A stretch of DNA of 64,000 nucleotides from Tubulanus polymorphus (GCF_964204645.1 NC_134032.1:1054001-1118000), one strand, 5' to 3'. Positions 32,490-60,545 are shown, counted from the stretch's first letter. The notes: a model not told the origin generated them from the sequence alone. Program-made: numbers and translations.

Positions 32490-35400
32490 TTAACACTTTT
32501 CAATAAGCCTGTTGTTTTTGGATTTGACGCGGTACCCGTTCCAGTGAAAGTTCGAATTTGTAATGACATATCTTCTGCTATAAATGCGAAGTTTTTGCCT
32601 GTCCTCCGCCATAGCAACGATCGATGGTTCGCGACTTTGCCACGAAACGTTCGATTCAGGTCGTCGGGCATCATCATTTCCGGAGTAATGCCCTAAATTA
32701 TCCGAACCGATTTGTGGCAGTGAACCATTTCGTAATTGTTGATTTAGATCGGCCGCGTCCCTGAACTCGCTGACAACCCGTCGATCGTTCGGTTTAACTC
32801 TTGGTTTCTCATCAACGTCCTTCGTTTCCGTAAGACGTCGTTTAGCGGCGATTTCCTCCGCCGACAATTTCCTCGGAACCAAATCCCCGTACCCGGCCGG
32901 AAGCCCGAGTTCACCCGGATCACGTGGTACGAATATGTCTCTCTGCGGATCGATGGTTTCTCGAGAATCGTTATTATCGATCAGGCCGTACTCACGTGGT
33001 ACATGATGCAACGAATGACGATCGTTGATTTCGTAAAACGAAGCTACGCTACCGAGTGACTGTCGTTTGGCTATCAACATATCGGTAGTGAACCCGGGTT
33101 TCTTCAGTTTCGTCGAAGAACCCGCTTTTACCGATGACTTCTCGTCACCAGCTTCCTGCTCATTCTGCTCGCTAGGTGGCGCCTCATTTATCAGTCGTGA
33201 TGCTCGCCTCTTGGCGTTTTTCTTATCGTTCAGATCAGAAGTGCGTCCAACGGGCTGATTACGTTCTGGAGCGGGAAGAATTTTACCCTCTTCAAACCAG
33301 GGACGATCCGAGACTCTGCCATCGACGTCAGTTAAATACGGCTGCACCGTTTCCCGAAACACACGTCTCCGAACGGGTGCGCCTATCTCGAATATCCGAT
33401 CCACCAAAACTCCACCTCCGTTTTCAGGGTCATCCTCCTCGCAACGATAAACGTCTCGGAGACCGATCGTCGAGTTGATTCGTCCGTCCATAGCTTCATT
33501 CGGTTCAATCATCCTCGACCAATCGTCTGGAGCCAGCGAAGGTGTCCGAGCTCGATACCGTTCAGTACCCGGATCACTCGACCAGCTATTCTGAGCAGGA
33601 TACAACGGCTGACTTTTATCTGAAAAAATGAAAAATATGTATAAACTATAAATGATGCTGAGACTATGGAGAATATGTTAGGTTCATATACATTCAGGTG
33701 TTAGTCAAAACACATATTCTATCTTTGTTTTCAATAAAATTAGTCGAGTGGATTAGTTTTTATTCCCGAAACCCACCGAGAACCACGTAGGGCATTACTC
33801 TATCGCCAACTTGGGGTTCGAACCCATAAACCCTGGACTGATGATACCAGTGACCAGCGGTTTAAACCACTCGGCCACTGAGCCTCTCCGGTCGAGTGGT
33901 TTCCTCGTAGGAACATTATTCCCGCAGCATTCAAAAATGCATAGAAATGTAAACTGAAGGGAAGGCCGACCCCGTGACGTCACTGTTCATTTGCCCGAGC
34001 GCAACCGCTATGAATCAGCGCCCTCACCGGTCGCGATAAACAATAGATTCTCGGTAATATTTTCGATAATATTCTCCCCGCGAGTTTTGTGGATTGCCAG
34101 AGTTTCAGGACATCAACAAATAATGAAAAAACGCTAATTATGAATGAATATGAGACCGGTAACCAGTCTAGAAAACCTATCGTTTATCGCCACCGGTGAG
34201 GTCGCTGAACAAAACACAAGACTACTAGCGATGCCTAGCGGAATTCTTAGGAGCTCTTATGAATGGACGATTGTGCATTCACGCATTAGTGCGTACATGC
34301 GCATAGCAGCTGAGATTTCCTTCATTCCGACTGTTTTTGTATATCTTCGATATTTCATCATTATCACCCGTTATTTTGATAGATGCGATCGTTTTAAAAG
34401 ATGGCATCGTTCGACAACATATTGTTACCTGATTTTTTTGTTCAGTGCATAACATTTGAAATAGCAAAGTTTATGGACACCATTTTGTTCGACATTCTTA
34501 GTGTTAACTTCTACTGCAGACAAAATATAAGACGACTAACCTAAAACGTAAATTCGTTCTCCTGACGGAAGGTCGACCGGTTTTATCAATCGGAACGGCC
34601 CGTCGAAATGTAGATTAGGACGTCGAAACGGACCGATCAAATTACAATTAGGGTCGGAAAGCATCGTTTCGAACGACGTCCGGTCCACGTCGTCTTTACG
34701 AACGGATATCTTAACCGGGTCGGTTTTATATTCCCAGACGGCCGCTTCTAGAACCATCGTTCCCGAATCATCGGCGCCGTTTTTACCGTTGTCTAGGTCA
34801 TCATCAGCTGCTGGGTGATCGTGGCGTCGTTCTGTGGTCGCAGTTCGCTGTAAGTTAATGTCGTACTCGGGCGCGTGGTATACGTGCGGTATAGGCGGGG
34901 ATTCGTAGCCCTTGCGCTGGAATAAAACATCGTAATCACCGGTTTCACTGATAGTACCCAACGGTCTTTGCTCCCGTCTTATTGAACTAAGATTCGAAGT
35001 TCGTCTGCTATTTCGACTATCACCGCGTAGAATGTTCCTATCAACCGACAGCAGGTTGTGATCACGTGACACGCTAGGAGCTACAGGCGTGGATGGTTCC
35101 AAACGTGACCCCGTTTCATTTTCGACCTCGTTGACGATCGATTTGCCTTTCGATGCGAAGAGAGCGTCTACACCTATTCTGGGTCTAGGTCTTGTCAAGA
35201 GAGGGCGCTTCGAATTCTCATAGGCTCTGGCGTCTTGTTGCCCCTTAATATTTTCATCGACATCGCCAGGGATGACGTCACCTTTCTGCTCGTTCAGAAG
35301 TTCGTCTGCCGGTTCCTCTCTGTCTCGTTCAGTTTTAAGTCGTTCCAGTATGTCGAGAATCGATTGCGGAAAAGGCTCCGTTATATTAATCTGACCTTTG

Positions 35401-36239
35401 AACCCCGTGCCCTGTGTTTCGTCGCTTGGCAACGAGAGAGCGCCTTCTGAGTGACGTCGCAGACGAACCGGAGGTTTCATGATAACCTCATCCAGAAATT
35501 CAGCATCGCCTGACTGTTTCTCGTCATTGTTTCCAGGCGATACAGCGCCCTCTTTTGAAATATCGCTACACTCTTCGCTTGCATCACTTTTGGCTAGCAG
35601 ATTATTGGCCATATGTAATCTATCCGCGTTGTCGAGGAGATGATGCGTCGAGTATTTTCTTGACCGGTACTTCCGACCGTCGCTGGCGACCTCTATCGGC
35701 AACGGTGACGAACCACTCGACGCGGACGATGACCGGAAGTTATTCTTCCTGATTCGAAGCCCTTCGAAACCGATCCAGGGCTGCTGATTGAACGACAGCG
35801 GAGGTACAAAATCCGGTCGAGGTGGGTGTGGCCACCTGTCACGCGTCCACTTAGTAAAGCGTCCGGTTTCGGCGAGGGAAATGACGTCAGAGATGTATTC
35901 TCGACGCGTCGTCATCGAAGCGAAATCGGTGACGCTCGTGAGCTGCGGCATAACCGACGCGTTACGGACAGTTTTCGACTCCTCGATTACTGGCGATAGT
36001 TGACCGATCTGTCGCCTAGCAACGGTAGATGATTTACCAGTACCGATAGTACTGATGCTGCTACGCGTGCTTATATGTATATTATGATTTCCGTTAAGTA
36101 TGGCTGACCAAGACGAATCGGGTCGACCGGGGTTCGAATCCGTTACGACATCGTCGCGTTCCCCTGCGCTACTTTCCGAACGGAGTAGCTCTTCCCTTAT
36201 CATAACAGGACTGACTTCAATCGGACCTTTCGACGTCAT
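32490..36239 (-). CDS. Uncharacterised, largely low-complexity/disordered protein, about 942 aa, 2 coding exons (36239-34541, 33619-32490)
   Basis: The 567-aa and 371-aa ORFs join in frame via TTAG|GTTAGT...TTTTTCAG|AT (phase 1: ...ERIYVL-D-KSQPLYPAQ...). Rich in S/D/E/R/P; no domain recognised; minus-strand AATAAA near 32056. Confidence 0.8.
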
Positions 36240-37067
36240 GATTTCGTTTTAGTTTTGACGAGATATCCTTGTACGATCCATAAGCGTGATCCTTAGTTTC
36301 ATCGGTAACCTTTACACTGACATCCATCCATTTTAGTCGTTTTTTTTTTGGTCGGTTTTAAGAAAAACACTGGAACAATTCGAGTTTACCGGTCGCTCGA
36401 CATCCTACGCCTTTATGTGACGAAGACTTTTTCGAAGATATTCATACCAACACATAGTTAATTCATATTGTAGTTTATTTAAGTTCGCGTCGGTGTGGGA
36501 AACTTTCGCACACGATTTCAAAAGTCGAATTCAAATCGTGTGAGAATCCGTACGAGCTGAATGATTGTAAATGTCGATTCGGGAAATATAATTTAATGGT
36601 CTTATTTTTATTTCACCTCGAATAGAATTTTGCAAAAAAGACTGACAAATCACGGAATATACCGGCACCAATCGTTTTTACAAAAATTGCGGTTTTGAAG
36701 AATTTTGAATTGTTTTTCTAATCAGTTATTTGACTGCGAAAAACGATGACCTAGATTGTAATATAGCCACCGATAAACGGATAAATTACTTATCTAATCA
36801 GAACGCGTTGGCGACGCGGTTTTTCTCCATCAAATTCTGATTTATTCGAAAACCTGTTTTTTTTATCTAGGCCACGAAGTAGGTTGTAGAAAACCGGTTT
36901 CAGATTAGCCCGATATTTGTCTCTAGTTGTATAGAAGACCAGACCGGTTGTGTATGGTGTACATTGCTGAACGCGTCTCCCACGCGACCGTACAAACTTC
37001 TCTACACCTTTAGATCATATACCACAGGATATTTAAAAATACATCGAACACGGTTAGAATTATAAAC

Positions 37068-39515
37068 ATGGTAAGTTGAATTTCCTCGAGTAAATGGTGG
37101 TTTATCATCGTATTTCGATATGTTGAATTTGGATTTCACTCCAACGACCTGGATCGATAGTCGAGATCGACACAATTATAGACCAGTCCGATAGGCCAAC
37201 CTCAGTTCTGATTCAGCTTTGTGTCAGAGGTGTCAGGGATATCCGCATAGTAAATACGAAAATATAGGATTCCATGCATTTTACTGTAAATGATGATCCC
37301 ATTTTGTAGGTGGATGCACTCTCTCAGCAGGAGATAAACGGTATGTCTATAGATTCATTAAAACCGCAATGTTTTGACACAAACGGATTCTTGAGGGAGG
37401 GAGAGGGATCGAGGGAGAGGGATCGAGAGGGAGAGGGAGAGGGATCGAGAGGGAGAGGGAGAGCCAGGAGAGGGAGAGCCAGGAGAGGGAGAGGGAGAGC
37501 CAGGAGAGGGAGAGCCAGGAGAGGAAGAGCCAGGATAGGGAGAGGGAGAGGGAGAGGGAGAGGGAGAGGGAGAGGGAGAGGGAGAGGGAGAGGGAGAGGG
37601 AGAGGGAGAGGGAGAGGGAGAGGGAGAGGGAGAGGGAGAGGGAGAGAGGGAGAGAGGGAGCGTACGGTCGTAGTTGATTAGATACTCGAAAATTAAAACA
37701 CATTCGTCTGACTTCCTATAGATAAAGCTGGTCGGCGACGATAACTCACGCGTTCATTTCTCGCTTCTATTTCAGACGCAAAGTTCACGTTTACAAATTT
37801 CGATAAGAGAAAAAACGGAACGCTATCCGTGGCCGACCTGGGTTTAGCTCTGCGATGTAACAGTATGAGTCCGACCGAGGCTGAGGTCAAAGAACTGAGT
37901 AAACGATTCGACAGAAATGGTAATTTCGATAAAATCTATTTCTTCGATTGTCAAGTATTCTTGAAGATCTTGGTGCAACATCCGACATTTCAGAAAGTTT
38001 TTCCTCCGATTTTTCCCGTATATATTCAAAAAATAATTAATTTATCTGGGCTTCAGGGACCAGTTGCACAGTCGTGACTTAAGTCCAAAAGTGGTCTTAA
38101 ATCTTAAGACTGGTCTTAAGTAGTTAGATTGGCTATAGAACTAAGTTGGTCTTAGACTGGTCTTAAGTCTAAGCCATGACTATGCAACTGGCCCCAGTTG
38201 CTCAAAAGTTGGTTAGAGTTAACCATTGGATAGTTGACGTGGTGACAATTAAAAGTGCATTGTTACTGTGGTATTTATCCACCGGTTATCTTTAACCAAC
38301 TTTACAGCAACTGGACTTAGGGCGTGGGGATACGTTGGACTTCCGGAACGTCCCGGGTGTATCCTGAAAAGCAATCCGTTGGCCATATACGTCGGAATTC
38401 TAGATATCAGCTTCAAAATTGTTTTTAATAATTGTCTATTTCTCTAAAACAATTTTACTTAAACCTAATCATTACCTACCATATTACAATGAGTAGCCCG
38501 GCACTAACCTCCTACCTAAACACGACCATCTGCACTCTGGAACCTAACCCGCCCTAAACCATTTAGACTGAACCCCAAACCCTAACGGTCTAACCCCTTA
38601 ATCCACCTAAATACGAGACCTTACCCCAACTGTACCCCTGTCTAACCTCCTTAACCCTATCCACCTAAATATGAGAAATTAGATACCCTAACTCGACCCC
38701 TTACCCGAAAGTCACTAAACTTTTACCCTTAAACTGTCAATGCTTTTAACTCTAATCATCCTCTTCGAAATCATATTTCGTTTTTTTGTTGTTGTTCTTT
38801 TGTAGAAGATGACTTTCTGGAATTCCCCGAATTCCTCGAGATGATTACCATACAGAAAGAGCAGGACGAGAAGAAATCTCTGGAAAAAGATGACGTCATT
38901 CGGTGTTTTAAACTGTTCGATAAAGCGGAAAACGGATTCCTCAGCGGCGCCGATCTACGTCATATCATGACGACGATGGGGGAACCCCTCGATGACGTCA
39001 CCGTCGATAGTCTGCTGAAGGAAGCCGACAAAGAAAATAACGGTCAAATCGACTATAAAGGTAACGCGGACCACGATACCCCGACCGGGCACTTCTATAC
39101 TCAGACCAATATGAATCATATTTTCTGGCTCACATTTCTAATTTCTGTTGTAAAACACAATACATAAATACCGGTCATGAAGGTATATTGACCGGTATTG
39201 ATGTATTATGTATCTCTATAGGATGAGCTGAAAAAAACAACTTTTTAAAACATCCAATTTATTCTTCGATTCCAAATTGTGGTCTCGTATTTGGACTTCA
39301 ATAAACGGGCATTGGCGAATTAGGCGCATCCTGCACCGTCACAGAAAGGACCGGCTACTGCATCATTCAAGAATGAATTATCCAAGCCATCCAGATGAGA
39401 AAACTGCCTAAATCCCCTTTACGACCCCGTTGAGACAAATGCTGACATAGATTTGAATGTTCGATTTTTCATCCTTTTTTTTACAGAATTTGTGGCAGGC
39501 ATGTACCGGAAGTAA
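37068..39515 (+). CDS. Divergent calmodulin-like 4-EF-hand protein, 153 aa, 5 exons (37068-37070, 37310-37340, 37776-37919, 38806-39060, 39487-39515)
   Basis: Calmodulin-type exon layout (ATG-only first coding exon, then 31 nt and 144 nt). Product MVDALSQQEINDAKFTFTNFDKRKNGTLSVADLGLALRCNSMSPTEAEVKELSKRFDRNEDDFLEFPEFLEM...FDKAENGFLSGADLRHIMTTMGEPL...ADKENNGQIDYKEFVAGMYRK. Confidence 0.9.
37393..37660. repeat. (GAGAGG)n purine microsatellite in intron 2 of the calmodulin-like gene
   Basis: Direct observation; explains the RG- and SL-repeat ORFs. Confidence 0.95.
38056..38320. mobile_element. Two abutting short MITEs
   Basis: GGGACCAGTTGCA...TGCAACTGGCCCC and CCAGTTGCT...AGCAACTGG inverted termini. 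Confidence 0.65.
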
Positions 39516-39750
39516 GACCCGCGATCTAGCCGAGTTGTGCGTTCAGAGTTGGACATTAACGTGTAAAGAAAAAACTTAGCGTTTTAATCGGTTTTGATGA
39601 TTTTGTTATTTATAATAGATTAGACTTGAAATATACATTGTATTATTAACCTGGTTGAAATGTGTTTAATTCGCGTTGGTTGGTTATAACGCCCGTCATT
39701 GACATTACTACGAACTGTGTACATATCATTCGAGCACATATTGTATATTA

Positions 39751-39972
39751 GGCTAAAAAGAAAATTGATACCTTGTTTCTCCGCTCTGCTGAGCTTAAAT
39801 GTTGACCCGGCCGGCCGTCTATCTACCCTATACATTACTTTTTTTAAAATCGTGATCAATTTTACCATATGAGACCCGGCCGCTATAGAAATGAACTGTT
39901 TATAAATTTTATCATATTTTACAAAAATGACCCGGCCGCTGCGGAGCAACAAGGTATCATTTTTGTTTAGCC
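39751..39972 (+). mobile_element. PIF/Harbinger-type MITE copy 2
   Basis: Near-identical to 9126-9345; TTA/TAA flanks. Confidence 0.85.
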
Positions 39973-40849
39973 TAACTCCTATTTTTCTGCCATCTTAAGG
40001 ATTTCTCACTTTACTGATTTTTACTGATAACTGATGATTACCTAAATTCGGTTCAAATGTATAGGCCTACCTCGCAAAGACCCGAAGACAACAATGTCTT
40101 TCGTTAATTAGGAATCGGCAACATGGACGATTCGGTCAAAGTAATGGGGTTTTTTTTACCAAACTTACGTGAAGTGAACAACCAGGTTTCACATGTGTTC
40201 AGGATTTCACCCCAAACTGTTTTGATTATAAATAGGGGAATAGATAAACTACAGACATTGGTCATTTTACCAGCAAACCTTCACGAAGTGTGTCAGAACT
40301 CCACCGAGACAATTATAAGTGATAATGAATTGCAAAAACAAAAGAAATTTAGGATCAAACTTTTAAAGAACTGATCCTCTGGGACCCTTAGTTCCGAAGG
40401 GCGATCAGTCTTAAGAATATTTTGGTTCGGTAGTCAGTGAACAGCACAGCTGTAACTAAATGCCGCAAACCCAACCCAAGAAGTATTTAAAAGTTCCGTA
40501 TCTTCTTTCACAAAGATGCTGTTCTGTTAACGAAACCTAGCAATCCTTTTGAAGTTCCTTCAAAGCTTTGTAGATTTCATGCTAGTGCATGTCGTTTTTC
40601 AAAGGAAAAGTCGAATTAGCTATGTAGTAATATAATCGCAAATGTTGGAATATCTGACGTCCAAATGCTATATCTCTGGGTTTTTTAAAGCCCTTAAGAA
40701 TTTCTGCGCATATTTTCAGCCCTGATACCAGATTTGAAGTCTCTAGGTGCCGTGGAGTAGCATGACAAACATTCATCGCCACCGTCAAGATTGTAACATT
40801 CACTGTCTGTTTCTCGTCGGCAGTCCATATGTAAATTGACTTTCTCTAA

Positions 40850-41330
40850 GGTTTAGAGGATTTTGTTAGCTGTTTAGAGTTACAGGATTTTGTTAGCTGT
40901 TTAGAGTAACAGGGTTTTGTTAGCTGTTTAGAGTAACGGGTTTTTGTTAGCTGTTTAGAGTAACAGGGTTTTGTTAGCTGTTTAGAGTAACAGGGTTTTG
41001 TTAGCTGTTTAGAGTTACAGTGTTTTGTTAGCTGTTTAGAGTTACGGGTTTTGTTAGCTGTTTAGGGTAACGGGTTTTTGTTAGCTGTTTAGAGTAACAG
41101 GGTTTTGTTAGCTGTTTAGAGTAACTGGTTTTTGTTAGCTGTTTAGAGTAACGGGTTTTTGTTAGCTGTTTAGAGTAACGGGTTTTTGTTAGCTGGTTAG
41201 AGTAACGGGTTTTGTTAGCTGGTTAGAGTAACGGGGTTTTGTTAGCTGTTTAGAGTAACAGGGTTTTGTTAGCTGTTTAGAGTAACGGGTTTTGTTAGCT
41301 GTTTAGAGTAACGGTTTTCCTGTGTTTAGA
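40850..41330. repeat. 27-28-bp minisatellite (GTTAGCTGTTTAGAGTAACAGGGTTTT), about 17 copies
   Basis: Direct observation. Confidence 0.95.
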
Positions 41331-41663
41331 GTTAAGGAGGCGTTTGATACCATTCTCATATACCTCCCACACTATTCTCTAGCACAGACGAGCTATAACG
41401 CAGCGTTTAGGAATGTACGTAACTAGCGGCGGCGTTTAGTAGCAAACACGGAGGCTGCGCGCGGATCGCTGCAGCATCCTGATATACTCGACACTACCGA
41501 GCTGAGTATGGAACGGATGCTCCCGTCTTTTCACTGAAACGGAAGGAGTTTTTAGATCGGGCAGCGTTGTTTCGGGATACGTTTTCACCGCCGCGCGTTC
41601 ATCGTCGTCCGTACCGACCGATAGATCGTTTCTACCGCCGCCAGTAACAACTACCGTACGACA

Positions 41664-55786
<14,123 letters not shown>

Positions 55787-57271
55787 TCAATTGAAAATAT
55801 ATATATATATATATATTTAGCGAGAACATAAATATATAGAAATAACAAAAAATCGAAAAAATAAAAAAATGACACTTTTAAAAAACCTGACTTACTGCTG
55901 AAAAAAGCTTCCATATTCTACGTTAAATGATTTATAAAAATGTACATAAATGATTATTCGATGAATACTACTAACTAGTATTAGGAGCAGTAGGCCTGAT
56001 AGTTGCGGAGCTGTTAATAGTACTGTTAGTTGCTGTAATGGTAGTTGCAGGGCTAATAGTTGCACAATGGCTAGTTTTAAATAGATCACTAAAACCCAGT
56101 TCCTATAGTAATAGTTGCTGAGATATTTGAAATTGATTCATGGAATATGTGCCGGTTCTGCAATCAGTAGGAAGAATATCTGAGATCTGAGGTGCATTTT
56201 TTTTTTATTTAGAATTTTATCTGAATTTGGAATGGAAAAAGATCCACCTGAGATTTCGGATATTCTTCCGGTTTTACCATGCAGACTTCAAAATCTGGTT
56301 CGATGTGGTCCGTGTCGAACGTCTTAAGAATCAAGGCCACTTTCGACTTTCGACTTAAGTCGATATAAGCGATATTGTAGAACGGGGTGTTCTACCCTAG
56401 AATAACAGTTCCACGGTGCCTAATCAATGTCACGCATATGCATACCTACCAGTTCCACAGTTCTGAGTTGATCAGTTCCAATAATTCGAAAACGAAGGAT
56501 GCATTTGTCCAAAAAGTTAAATCTAATTCACAGCCAGCTGTGGAACAGAGTACGGTAGACTCCGCCCGAATCGCATCCGATCACGCCTGATAGCAGTTCA
56601 ACTCAGAGATGTTTTTTGAAATATATTTTTCTGACACTATAGGCCTATATGAAATACATAACATCTTACTCGGATATCACTAAAGTCCGACACATTTTAA
56701 CGGTCCTTGAAGATCCGACTTGAGCGAAGTCTATCGTATATTGACCGATACCTGAGTCTTATAAGGAAATAAATCATTATGGATGTAAAGAAAATGGTCG
56801 ACTGAAAGCTGGTTCGAACCCGGCGCACACACAGTCGAAAACACGTTCCCAACGGGAAATACTGTTTTAATGTGTTTTTTGTTCCGTAGTGCGCGCCACT
56901 AGGAAACAAACAAAAGAAAACAACATTGATGTTTTCTCTTGTTTCGGGTTCGAGCTGGAACAAGTGACAAATGTAGGTTTTTCGTGTTTTCGTATCATAT
57001 CTGAACTCGTTACACTTTACATAGCTTAATTTTTTTAAGTCAGGATTTTTTTTATCAATATGTATTTTCAAAGGCTCGCTGGAAATTTATTTTGTAACGA
57101 AATTTGTTTTTATTGGCATAATTCCTTACGTAAAATGAAGAACTTGCGACGTTTCTACTGCGCAATAACTTACTCTTCCGTCTTGTAGTCGCGAGTTTCG
57201 TAGAAAGTGCGGAGTTCTCGTCAAAGTTGCCATAACCACACTTGCAATGATAACAACGCGATTTCGCTCAT

Positions 57272-57568
57272 CGGTGGAACCTCGCTATAACGAACTCGGT
57301 TACAACGATTCATCCGATATAACAAATATAGAATCGGACTAATTTCACACTGGGTATATAGAACTATCGGTTATAACAAACAGATTTTCTGTTCCCGTGA
57401 AGTTCGTTGTAACGAGGTTCCTCTGTATACAGAACTATAGGTTATAACGAATATATTTTCTGTTCCCGTGAAGTTCGTTGTAACGAGGTTCCGCTGTATA
57501 TAGAACTATCGGTTATAACGAACAGTTTTTCTGGTCCCGTGAAGTTCGCTGTTTCGAGGTTCCACTGT
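57272..57568. mobile_element. Tc1/mariner-pogo type MITE with its right end repeated 3 times
   Basis: C(G/A)GTGGAACCTCG...CGAGGTTCCACTG termini; about 70-bp unit repeated 3 times. Confidence 0.7.
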
Positions 57569-57630
57569 TTTGCTTAAGTAAGATATTTACGAAATTATGA
57601 AATTCGTATGTTGAAAAGAACCCGTGTTTA

Positions 57631-57854
57631 GGCTAATAAAGGATGATACCTTGTTTCTCCGCAGCGGCCGGGTCATTTTTTTAAAACCGCGATGAAATTT
57701 GTAATCGGTTCATTTCTGTAGCTGCCGGGTCTGTTATGGTTAGATTGGTCATGATTTTTTTCATAAAAGTAATCTACAGGGTAGACAGGCGGCCGGCCGG
57801 GTCAACTTTCAAAGCTTAGCTGAAATGAGAAACAAGGTATCAATCTTTTCAGCC
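57631..57854 (-). mobile_element. PIF/Harbinger-type MITE, diverged copy
   Basis: Reverse-complement homologue of 9126-9345. Confidence 0.8.
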
Positions 57855-60327
57855 TAAATGCAGAAATATTGTTTTGTAGAAATTGCAATATTGCATTCTG
57901 TGTGAATAAAAATGATTACTTAAAGTCTTTGATATAAAGTCCGTTGAGTTATCGAAATGGTTAGAGCAAATCTTCAGAGTTACGACTCATTTCTAATCAC
58001 AGTATTTGGGAATATCCTCTGCTCTGCATACGAATAATCTCAAATAGATCAGACTGAATGAGTATGAACACGAATACAATCTTTGTTCCTGTGGTTCTAA
58101 GGCAGTATAATTGTCGTCTATAAACCTTACGCCGTTTTTTCTTTATGTAAATAATTCAAAATGATGTAATTCAAAATGAAAAAAAGGTTGTTTGCAAATT
58201 GAACTGCTGTAAATTCGGAAGCTACATAGAAAACGCTCCGTTTCCAAACGGACGCCGTGAAGATCTTTAGATTCTTGAAGCGAGAATGGCGCGATATATT
58301 TTGGTCGTTGCGACGCGTGGGACCCGCGGGGACATTTGCTAACAAATATGACGAGAACCCTCGCCTACAAAGCAGCTTACAAACGGGAGATAAACTCGTA
58401 CTTGTTAACGAGGACGATTAGTTGATTTACTAAGTTTTAACGATTTCGGTATTGGTTTTCTTTTCAAAGAATAAGATTATAGTAGGACGGACGTAGAATG
58501 TTAATATTCTTCGACGATTTGAAAACAATGTTTGAAACTATTAGTTACGAATCATTATCGCTGCTGTTCTGGATCGGTGTTAATTTATTGTATTGGAAAA
58601 TAAATACTATGATGAAAATGTCATTTTATGAATGAGAATAGATTTTGTTAAGATTTGTACGCGGTCTAAAGCAATGACGTGTCGGCGAAAGAAAGATATT
58701 TTTTTCGAGGCAAGAAATAATCGAAGAAATCGTAGAATTGGTCTTTTTCAAGTTAGCTATGGAAACACCCCGGCAGGGATTCGAACCTGATCGCATCGAG
58801 ATTGCCAAAACCCTGCCACTCTAGACTGAGTGCGTAGCTTAGATGATGTCATTATCAACCAATCGGATATCCCGTTTTATTTTAGCCCGGGTTTTCCCAT
58901 TTATAGTTCTTCAGTGAAATTTGCCTCAGCGATTATACAACCAGCGATCTGATTCCCGATTGATGCCGCAAGTTTTCGCGCGGTAAACCTGCACACCCGG
59001 TCTAGTGTGGCAGGGGTCTGTGCGCCGTGGCTGAGTGTAGCGATGCCATCAGGTTCGAATCCCTCCGTGGAAGATATAAGAGTGTATAAACTTGTATCAT
59101 AATCCTCGGACGTCCACCGATGCTGAGTCACCCAGTATTGGTCGTTTATGATTTCGAAAAACGATATCGCCTATTCAACGCGAAGCTTTTGGTTTTAAAT
59201 TCCGATACTGTCCCCCGATGTTTCCGTAACCTCTTATTCCGTGTTAGCTTTGCTGTAATTATTTATGCGACCAACTGTCGGCTGTAGTCGAGTCGATAAA
59301 TCGATGACACCTAACAACGCAAGTAACACCTGGTCACGTGTTAGTTCCACATGGTAGCGCGGTAGGGTTTAATTATTCAAGACAAGTGTGAATGCCTTTA
59401 GTTGAGGAGTCTGTTACACGCGCCTTGAGACTCGTATAATCCAGGCACAATATTTATTACTAGAGTAGACGAAATTAAATTTCACGAATGTGGTTTAGAA
59501 TCTACGTTATATGCTAATTGACTCCATTCGTCTGCGCACTCGCTGTTGTAGACAGTTGTACTGCAACACGACCTATTCCCGCCGGTATAACATCAACTAT
59601 TTGGTATATATAAATGGAATAATTCTAACTCAAAATTAACTATTTGGAACTAAATTCAGGCTTTTTTCCACTGGAAGAATTTCTATTTCCCTGATTATCA
59701 GCATTGCGAAATAATTATTTCCAGTCTCTCTAGAATATTTCCAGTGTATTGATTGTTGCAGAGTTTGTCCATCGTTTGGCATGGCAGATTTTCGTAAAAT
59801 AGTCCTATATTCTAGTGACGAAACCGACCGGGCTGGCCCTCCAGTTTTTGAGAGGCCACTTTCAGTTTAGTTTTAGTTCACCAGTATCCATGGGATGGGA
59901 CGAAACTTTGGACCGTTTCAGTTAACTTGATTTAACCATTTGATCAACGAAAGTGCAGCGTTGCAAGTTAACTTCTCACTCCGGCTGGCTCAGGTGCGAA
60001 AACTGCGCCGGTCTCGATACCATCAGGTTCGAATCCCTGCCGAGATGGATGGTGAAATCCCAATCATAACTTACCAGCAATAACCGTATCAAAATCAATT
60101 ATCCTAAGTTAAACTAACGGACTAATCCAGCAAATATCTGGTGGTAGGGCACTGACCTAATTCAATAATACCAATTCATTTTATCCTCAACTTTTGACTT
60201 GATTTTTATACGACCCTCCAAACGATATAAGATTGGCTTTTCCACCGGTGATTTGGTGTCATCGACATATTCCGAGAGTAAGTTGATTCTATTTCTATTA
60301 CACTGTTGGCGCTCCCCAAACCGATAA

Positions 60328-60545
60328 GGCCAAAAAATTGATACCTTGTTTCTCCGCTCTGCTGAGCTTAAATGTTGACCCGGCCGGCCGCCTATCTACC
60401 CTATACATTACTTTTTAAAAAATCGTGATCAATTTTACCATAATAGACCCGGCCGCTATAGAAATGAACTGTTTATAAATTTTATCATATTTTACAAAAA
60501 TGACCCGGCCGCTGCGGAGAAACAAGGTATCATTTTTGTTTAGCC
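60328..60545 (+). mobile_element. PIF/Harbinger-type MITE
   Basis: TAA|GGC...GCC|TAA, near-identical to 9126-9345. Confidence 0.88.

Noticed and set aside
37310-37703. RG-repeat and SL-repeat ORFs
   Set aside because: Translations of an intronic (GAGAGG)n microsatellite; only 37310-37340 is exon.
38480-38730. Telomere or chromosome-fusion relic (CCCTAA-rich; also 3060-3240)
   Set aside because: Short, degenerate and embedded in interspersed repeats; no long perfect arrays.
39620-39952. Repeated 65-110-aa ORF (also 9128-9325)
   Set aside because: Incidental frames within copies of a non-autonomous MITE.
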